Shown: piece after piece, positions 55,888 through 64,000 of the stretch | Numbering within the stretch: the stretch's first letter is position 1 | How the letters are laid out: the number at the start of each line of letters is the position of its first letter | DNA from: Eledone cirrhosa | Lineage: Eukaryota | Assembly: GCA_964016885.1 (NCBI GenBank) | Contig: OZ024743.1 | Location: 176,266,001-176,330,000, forward strand | Direction of reading: 5' to 3' | DNA: 64,000 bases | Translations under genes and position numbers: made by a program | Notes under the pieces: model-generated | The model's input: only the letters and a program-made list of their open reading frames with translations | Told to the model about the DNA's origin: nothing | Databases searched by the model: none

Positions 55888-56846
55888 AACTAGACATGAA
55901 AAATGCGCAAGCTCAAAAGTGCCACAGAATGTTATAATAAACCTTCAAAAGTGTGGGACTAGAGTTGTTGCTAAAAAATATTGTAATCATTATATATCGT
56001 ACATTCTGTGGCATCCTTTATAAAAATAGCTTAAACCAACGAAGCCTTTATTTTTACGCTATTTCACTTAGTTAATTCTTAGAGTGTAACATATAAAAAT
56101 AAATACATCTATGTTTAATGTAATAACAGCTATAAATAATAACGTAATATTATTATCATATACTCATAGTAACAAAATAATTGTGTTGAAAATTAATATG
56201 ATGCTTATATGAACGATCAAATCTATAATGATAATTTCTTAAATATACTAATAGTAAAATAATTTAGTTATCTATTGTTACATTTTCATAGAACTATAAT
56301 ATTAACAATCGTATTGCATTATCAAATTTTTATCACTACAAACTTTCATATTGGAATTACCTTAAGCCACTTATTATTACTTCGCTTTCGTACTTTTACA
56401 GCTGTAGATATTGCGCTGTATCTTATATCTAATATCAATATCTCATGGTAATTTGCATGCAGTGTAAAATAGGTTTATTAATAACTTTAATATGAAATGT
56501 ATTATACAGGGCTGCGGAGTCGGCCAAAAATTGACTGGCTCCAACTCAGGATCCGATATTCCCTTATTTCCTAAATTTCAGCTCCGCAGCTCTGTTATTA
56601 TATTAATTAATTTATTTTATAGTTGTAAATCATATTTTTATATGTTACACTCTAAGAATTAACTAAGTGAAATAGCGTAAAAATAAAGGCTTCGTTGGTT
56701 TAAGCTGTTTTTATAAAGGATGCCACAGAATGTACGATATATAATGATTACAATATTTTTTAGCAACAACTCTAGTCCCACACTTTTGAAGGTTTATTAT
56801 AACATTCTGTGGCACTTTTGAGCTTGCGCATTTTTCATGTCTAGTT
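55888..56846. repeat. ~214-bp near-perfect inverted repeat (55888-56101 / 56633-56846)
   Basis: aactagacatgaaaaatgcgc...gtaacatataaaaata and its reverse complement. Confidence 0.92.
56507..56594. mobile_element. 88-bp hAT-like mini-MITE
   Basis: TIRs cagggctgcggag / ctccgcagctctg; 8-bp flanks gtattata / ttattata. Confidence 0.7.
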
Positions 56847-59800
56847 ACTTAATACCTCTCTCTCTCTCTCTAATTCTTACCTCACCCTCTATATTACTTA
56901 CTACCTCTCTCTCTCTAACTGTTAGCTCAGCCTCTATATTACTTATTACCCCCTCTCTCTCTAACTCTTACCTCACCCTCTATATTACTTACTACCTATC
57001 TCTCTAACTGTTACCTCACCCTCTATATTACTTACTACCTCTCTCACTAACTGTTACCTCACCCTCTATATTACTGACGTCTCTCTCTCTCTCTAACTGT
57101 TACCTCACCCTCTATATTACTAATCTCACTCTCTAACTGTTACCTCACCCTCTATATTACTTACTACCTCTAACTCTAACTGTTACCCTCACCCTCTATA
57201 TTACTTACTACCTCTCTCTCTAACTGTTACCTCAAAGTCTATATTACTAACCTCTCTCTCTCTAACTCTTACCTCACCCTCTATATTACTGACCTCTCTC
57301 TCTCTCTAAGTCTTACCTCACCCTCTATATTACTTACTACCTCTCTCACTCTAACTGTTACCTCACCCTCTATATTACTTACTACCTCTCTCCCCCTCTA
57401 ACTCTTACATCACCCTCTATATTAATTACTACCTCTCTCTCTCTCTAACTCTTACCTCATCCTCTATAATACTTACTACCTCTCTCTCTCTAACTGTTAA
57501 CTCACCCTCTCTCTCTAACTCTTACCTCACCCTCTATATTACTTACTACCTCTCTCTCTAACTATTACCTCACCCTCTATATTACTGACCTCTTTCTCTC
57601 TCTCTTTAACTGTTACCTCACCCTCTATATTACTTAATACCTCTCTCTCTAACTATTACCTCATCCTCTATATTACTGACCTCTCTCTCTCTCAAACTGT
57701 TACCTCACCCTATATATTACTTACAACCTCTCTCTCCAGCTGTTACCCCACCCTCTATATTACTTACTAGACCTCTCTCTCTCTCTAACTGTTACCTCAC
57801 CCTCTATATTACTTAATACCTCTCTCTCTAACTTTTTACATCACCCTTTATATTACTTACTACCTCTCTCTCTCTCTAACTGTTACCTCACCCACTATAT
57901 TACTTACTACCTCTCTCTCTCTCTCTAACTCTTAACTCACCCTCTATATTACTTACTACCTCTCTCTCTAACTGTTACCTCACCCTCTATATTACTTACT
58001 ACCTCTCTCTCTAACTGTTACCTCACCCTCTATATTACGTATTACCTCTCTCTCTCTATTTAACTGTTACATCACCCTCTATAATACTTACTACCTCTCT
58101 CTCTAACTATTACCTCACCCTCTATATTACTGACCCCTCTTCTCTCTAACTGTTACCTCACCCTCTATATTACTTATTACCCCTCTCTCTAACTGTTACC
58201 TCACCCTCTATATTACTTATTACCCCTCTCTCTAACTGTTACCTCACCCTCTATATTTATTACTACCTCTCTCTCTATCTGTTACCTCACCCTCTATATT
58301 ACTAACCTCTCTCTCTCTGTAACTGTTACCTCACCCTCTATATTAATTACTACCTCTCTCTCTCTCTAACTGTTACCTCACCCTCAATATTACTTACTAC
58401 CTCTCTCTCTCTCTAACTGTTACCTCACCCTCTATATTACTAACCTCTCTCTCTCTGTAACTGTTACCCCACCCTCTATATTACTTACTACCTCTCTCTC
58501 TCTCTCTAACTGTTACCTCACCCTCAATATTACTTACTACCTCTCTCTCTCTCTAACTGTTACCTCACCCTCTATATTACTTACTACCTCTCTCTCTAAC
58601 TGTTACCTCACCCTCTATATTACTTACTACCTCTCTCTCTCTCTAACTGTTACCTCACCCTCTATATTACTTACTACCTCTCTCACTAACTGTTACCTCA
58701 CCCTCTATATTACTGACCTCTCTCTCTCTCTCTAACTGTTACCTCACCCTCTATATTACTAATCTCACTCTCTAACTGTTACCTCCCCCTCTATATTACT
58801 TACTACCTCTAACTCTAACTGTTACCTCACCCTCTATATTACTTACTACCTCTCTCTCTAACTGTTACCTCACAGTCTATATTACTGACCTCTCTCTCTC
58901 TCTAAGTGTTACCTCACCCTCTATATTACTTACTACCTCTCTCTCTAACTGTTACCTCACCCTCTATATTACTTACCTCTCTCTCTCTCTCTCTAACTGT
59001 TACCTCACCCTCTATATTACTTACTACCTCTCGCCCTCTCTAACTCTTACATCACCCTCTATATTAATTACTACCTCTCTCTCTCTCTCTAACTCTTACC
59101 TCATCCTCTATAATACTTACTACCTCTCTCTCTCTAACTGTTACCTGAACCCTCTCTATTACTTACTACCTCTCTCTCTAACTCTTACCTCACCCTCTAT
59201 ATTACTTACTACCTCTCTCTCTAACTATTACCTCACCCTCTATATTACTGACCTCTTTCTCTCTCTCTCTAACTGTTACCTCACCCTCTATATTACTTAA
59301 TACCTCTCTCTGTAACTATTACCTCATCCTCTATATTACTGACTTCTCTCTCTCTCTAACTGTTATCTCACCCTATATATTACTTACTACCTCTCTCTCC
59401 GGCTGTTACCTCACCCTCTATATTACTTACTAGCCCTCTCTCTCTCTCTAACTGTTACCTCACCCTCTATATTACTTAATACCTCTCTCTCTAACTGTTA
59501 CCTCACCCTCTATATTACTTAATACCTCTCTCTCTAACTGTTACATCACCCTCTATATTACTTACTACCTCTCTCTCTCTAACTGTTACCTCACCCACTA
59601 TATTACTTACTACCTCTCTCTCTCTCTAACTCTTAACTCACCCTCTATATTACTTACTACCTCACTCTCTCTCTAACTGTTACCTCACCCTCTATATTAC
59701 TTAATACCTCTCTCTCTAACTGTTACCTCACCCTCTATATTACTTAATACCTCTCTCTCTAACTGTTACATCACCCTCTATATTACTTACTACCTCTCTC

Positions 59801-62800
59801 TCTCTCTAACTCTTAACTCACCCTCTATATTACTTACTACCTCACTCTCTCTCTAACTGTTACCTCACCCTCTATATTACTTACTACCTCTCTCTCTATC
59901 TGTTACCTCACCCTCTATATTACTAACCTCTCTCTCTCTGTAACTGTTACCTCACCCTCTATATTACTTAATACCTCTCTCTCTAACTGTTACATCACCC
60001 TCTACATTACTTACTACTTCTCTCTCTAACTGTTACCTCACCCTCTATATTACTTACTACCTCTCTCTCTCTAACTGTTACCTCACCCTCAATATTACTT
60101 ACTACCTCTCTCTCTCTCTAACTATTACCTCACCCTCTATATTACTTACTACCTCTCTCTCTAACTGTTACATCACCCTCTATATTTCTTACTACCTCTC
60201 TCTCTAACCGTTATCTCACCCTCTATATTACTGACCTCTCTCTCTCTCTAACTGTTACCTCACCCACTATATTACTTACTACCTCTCTCTCTCTCTAACT
60301 GTTACCTCACCCTCTATATTACGTACTACCTCTCTTTCTATCTAACTGTTAACTCACCCTCTATATTACTTACTACCTCTCTCTCCCTCTAACTCTTACC
60401 TCACCCTCTATATTACTTACTACCTCTCTCTCTCTCTAACTCTTAGATCACCCTCTATATTAATTACTACCTCTCTCTCTCTCTCTAACTCTTACCTCAC
60501 CCTCTATATTACTTACTACCTCTCTCTAACTGTTACCTCACCCTCTCTATTACTTACCACCTCTCTCTCTCTATAACTCTTACCTCAGCCTCTATATTAC
60601 TTACTACCTCTCTCTCTTTCTAACTGTTATCTCACCCTCTATATTACTTACTACCTGTCTCCCCACCTGTTACCTCACCCTCTATATTACTTACTACCTC
60701 TCTCTCTCTCTAACTGTTACCTCACCCTCTATATTACTTACTACCTCTCTCTCTCTCTAACTGTTACCTCATCCTCTATATTACTACACTACCTCTCTTC
60801 TCTAACTATTACCTCACCCTCTATATTACTTACTACCTCTCTCTCTAACTGTTACATCACCCTCTATATTACTTACTACCTCTCTCTCTAACCGTTACAT
60901 CACCCTCTCTATTACTGACCTCTCTCTCTCTCTAACTGTTACCTCACCCACTATATTACTTACTACCTCTCTCTCTCTCTAACTGTTACTTCACCCTCTA
61001 TATTACGTACTACCTCTCTCTCTCTCTAACTCTTAGATCACCCTCAATATTAATTACTACCTCTCTCTCTCTCTCTAACTCTTACCTCACCCTCTATATT
61101 ACTTACTACCTCTCTCTCTCTAACTGTTACCTCACCCTCTCTATTACTTACTACCTCTCTCTCTTTCTAACTGTTATCTCACCCTCTATATTACTTACTA
61201 CCTGTCTCCCCACCTGTTACCTCACCCTCTATATTACTTACTACCTCTCTCTGTAACTACCTCACCCTCTATATTACTTACTACCTCTCTCTCTCTCTAA
61301 CTGTTACCTCATCCTCTATATTACTACACTACCTCTCTCTCTAACTGTTACCTCACCCTCTTTATTACTTACTACCTCTCTCTGCACCTGCTAACTCACC
61401 CTCTATATTACTTACTACCTCTCATTCTCTCTAACTCTTACCTCACCCTCTATAATACTTATTGCCTCTCTCTCTAACTGTTACCTCACCCTCTATATAA
61501 CTTACTACCTGTCGTTCTCTCTAACTCTTACCTCACCCTCTATATTACTTATTGCCTCTCTCTCTAACTCTTACCTCACCCTCTATATTACTTATTACCC
61601 CTCTCTCTAACTGTTACCTCACCCTCTATATTACTTATTACCCCTCTCTCTCTCTAACTGTTACCTCACCCTCTATATTTATTACTACCTCTCTCTCTAT
61701 CTGTTACCTCACCCTCTATATTACTAACCTCTCTCTCTCTGTAACTGTTACCTCACCCTCTATATTAATTACTACCTCTCTCTCTCTCTAACTGTTACCT
61801 CACCCTCAATATTACTTACTACCTCTCTCTCTCTCTAACTGTTACCTCACCCTCTATATTACTAACCTCTCTCTCTCTGTAACTGTTACCCCACCCTCTA
61901 TATTACTTACTACCTCTCCCTCTCTCTCTAACTGTTACCTCACCCTCAATATTACTTACTACCTCTCTCTCTCTCTAACTGTTACCTCACCCTCTATATT
62001 ACTTACTACCTCTCTCTCTAACTGTTACCTCACCCTCTATATTACTTACCACCTCTCTCTCTCTCTAACTGTTACCTCACCCTCTATATTACTTACTACC
62101 TCTCTCACTAACTGTTACCTCACCCTCTATATTACTGACCTCTCTCTCTCTCTCTAACTGTTACCTCACCCTCTATATTACTAATCTCACTCTCTAACTG
62201 TTACCTCCCCCTCTATATTACTTACTACCTCTAACTCTAACTGTTACCTCACCCTCTATATTACTTACTACCTCTCTCTCTAACTGTTACCTCACAGTCT
62301 ATATTACTGACCTCTCTCTCTCTCTAAGTGTTACCTCACCCTCTATATTACTTACTACCTCTCTCTCTAACTGTTACCTCACCCTCTATATTACTTACCT
62401 CTCTCTCTCTCTCTCTAACTGTTACCTCACCCTCTATATTACTTACTACCTCTCGCCCTCTCTAACTCTTACATCACCCTCTATATTAATTACTACCTCT
62501 CTCTCTCTCTCTAACTCTTACCTCATCCTCTATAATACTTACTACCTCTCTCTCTCTAACTGTTACCTGAACCCTCTCTATTACTTACTACCTCTCTCTC
62601 TAACTCTTACCTCACCCTCTATATTACTTACTACCTCTCTCTCTAACTATTACCTCACCCTCTATATTACTGACCTCTTTCTCTCTCTCTCTAACTGTTA
62701 CCTCACCCTCTATATTACTTAATACCTCTCTCTGTAACTATTACCTCATCCTCTATATTACTGACTTCTCTCTCTCTCTAACTGTTATCTCACCCTATAT

Positions 62801-64000
62801 ATTACTTACTACCTCTCTCTCCGGCTGTTACCTCACCCTCTATATTACTTACTAGCCCTCTCTCTCTCTCTAACTGTTACCTCACCCTCTATATTACTTA
62901 ATACCTCTCTCTCTAACTGTTACCTCACCCTCTATATTACTTAATACCTCTCTCTCTAACTGTTACATCACCCTCTATATTACTTACTACCTCTCTCTCT
63001 CTAACTGTTACCTCACCCACTATATTACTTACTACCTCTCTCTATCTCTAACTCTTAACTCACCCTCTATATTACTTACTACCTCACTCTCTCTCTAACT
63101 GTTACCTCACCCTCTATATTACTGAATACCTCTCTCTCTAACTGTTACCTCACCCTCTATATTACTTAATACCTCTCTCTCTAACTGTTACATCACCCTC
63201 TATATTACTTACTACCTCTCTCTCTCTCTAACTCTTAACTCACCCTCTATATTACTTACTACCTCACTCTCTCTCTAACTGTTACCTCACCCTCTATATT
63301 ACTTACTACCTCTCTCTCTATCTGTTACCTCACCCTCTATATTACTAACCTCTCTCTCTCTGTAACTGTTACCTCACCCTCTATATTACTTAATACCTCT
63401 CTCTCTAACTGTTACATCACCCTCTACATTACTTACTACTTCTCTCTCTAACTGTTACCTCACCCTCTATATTACTTACTACCTCTCTCTCTCTAACTGT
63501 TACCTCACCCTCAATATTACTTACTACCTCTCTCTCTCTCTAACTATTACCTCACCCTCTATATTACTTACTACCTCTCTCTCTAACTGTTACATCACCC
63601 TCTATATTACTTACTACCTCTCTCTCTAACCGTTATCTCACCCTCTATATTACTGACCTCTCTCTCTCTCTAACTGTTACCTCACCCACTATATTACTTA
63701 CTACCTCTCTCTCTCTCTAACTGTTACCTCACCCTCTATATTACGTACTACCTCTCTTTCTATCTAACTGTTAACTCACCCTCTATATTACTTACTACCT
63801 CTCTCTCCCTCTAACTCTTACCTCACCCTCTATATTACTTACTACCTCTCTCTCTCTCTAACTCTTAGATCACCCTCTATATTAATTACTACCTCTCTCT
63901 CTCTCTCTAACTCTTACCTCACCCTCTATATTACTTACTACCTCTCTCTAACTGTTACCTCACCCTCTCTATTACTTACCACCTCTCTCTCTCTATAACT
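56845..64000. repeat. ~40-bp satellite, right block, with higher-order structure; runs off the window
   Basis: Same unit as 48571-51153; diagnostic variants recur at an offset of ~3.42 kb. Confidence 0.97.

Overview
AT-rich, microsatellite-saturated animal DNA. The SINE/LINE content is consistent with a cephalopod such as Octopus, which is an inference. No host gene is supportable; nearly all short ORFs are microsatellite artefacts. Contents: (1) a nested pile-up of non-LTR retrotransposons at 7.3-24.5 kb, comprising two RTE LINEs (APE-RT-C2H2), a near full-length R4/Dong-type RT-RLE element in (CATA)n, and several RTE-derived non-autonomous elements; (2) many tRNA-derived SINEs and fragments of Tx1, CR1, CRE and Tc1/pogo elements plus hAT MITEs; (3) a ~40-bp CT-rich satellite (48.6-51.2 and 56.8-64 kb) split cleanly by a 5.7-kb insertion with Helitron termini (A|TC...CTAG|T). 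The most notable signal is a set of about 15-20 complete, degenerate or half type I hammerhead ribozyme motifs. They sit in small non-coding elements, mostly next to (TA)n tracts and often arranged as palindromes, as expected for Penelope-like termini or retrozymes. Two have intact cores (29390-29432 and 44863-44900), and one lies in a 452-bp tandem unit that starts at its predicted cleavage site. All folds were worked out by eye and are untested.
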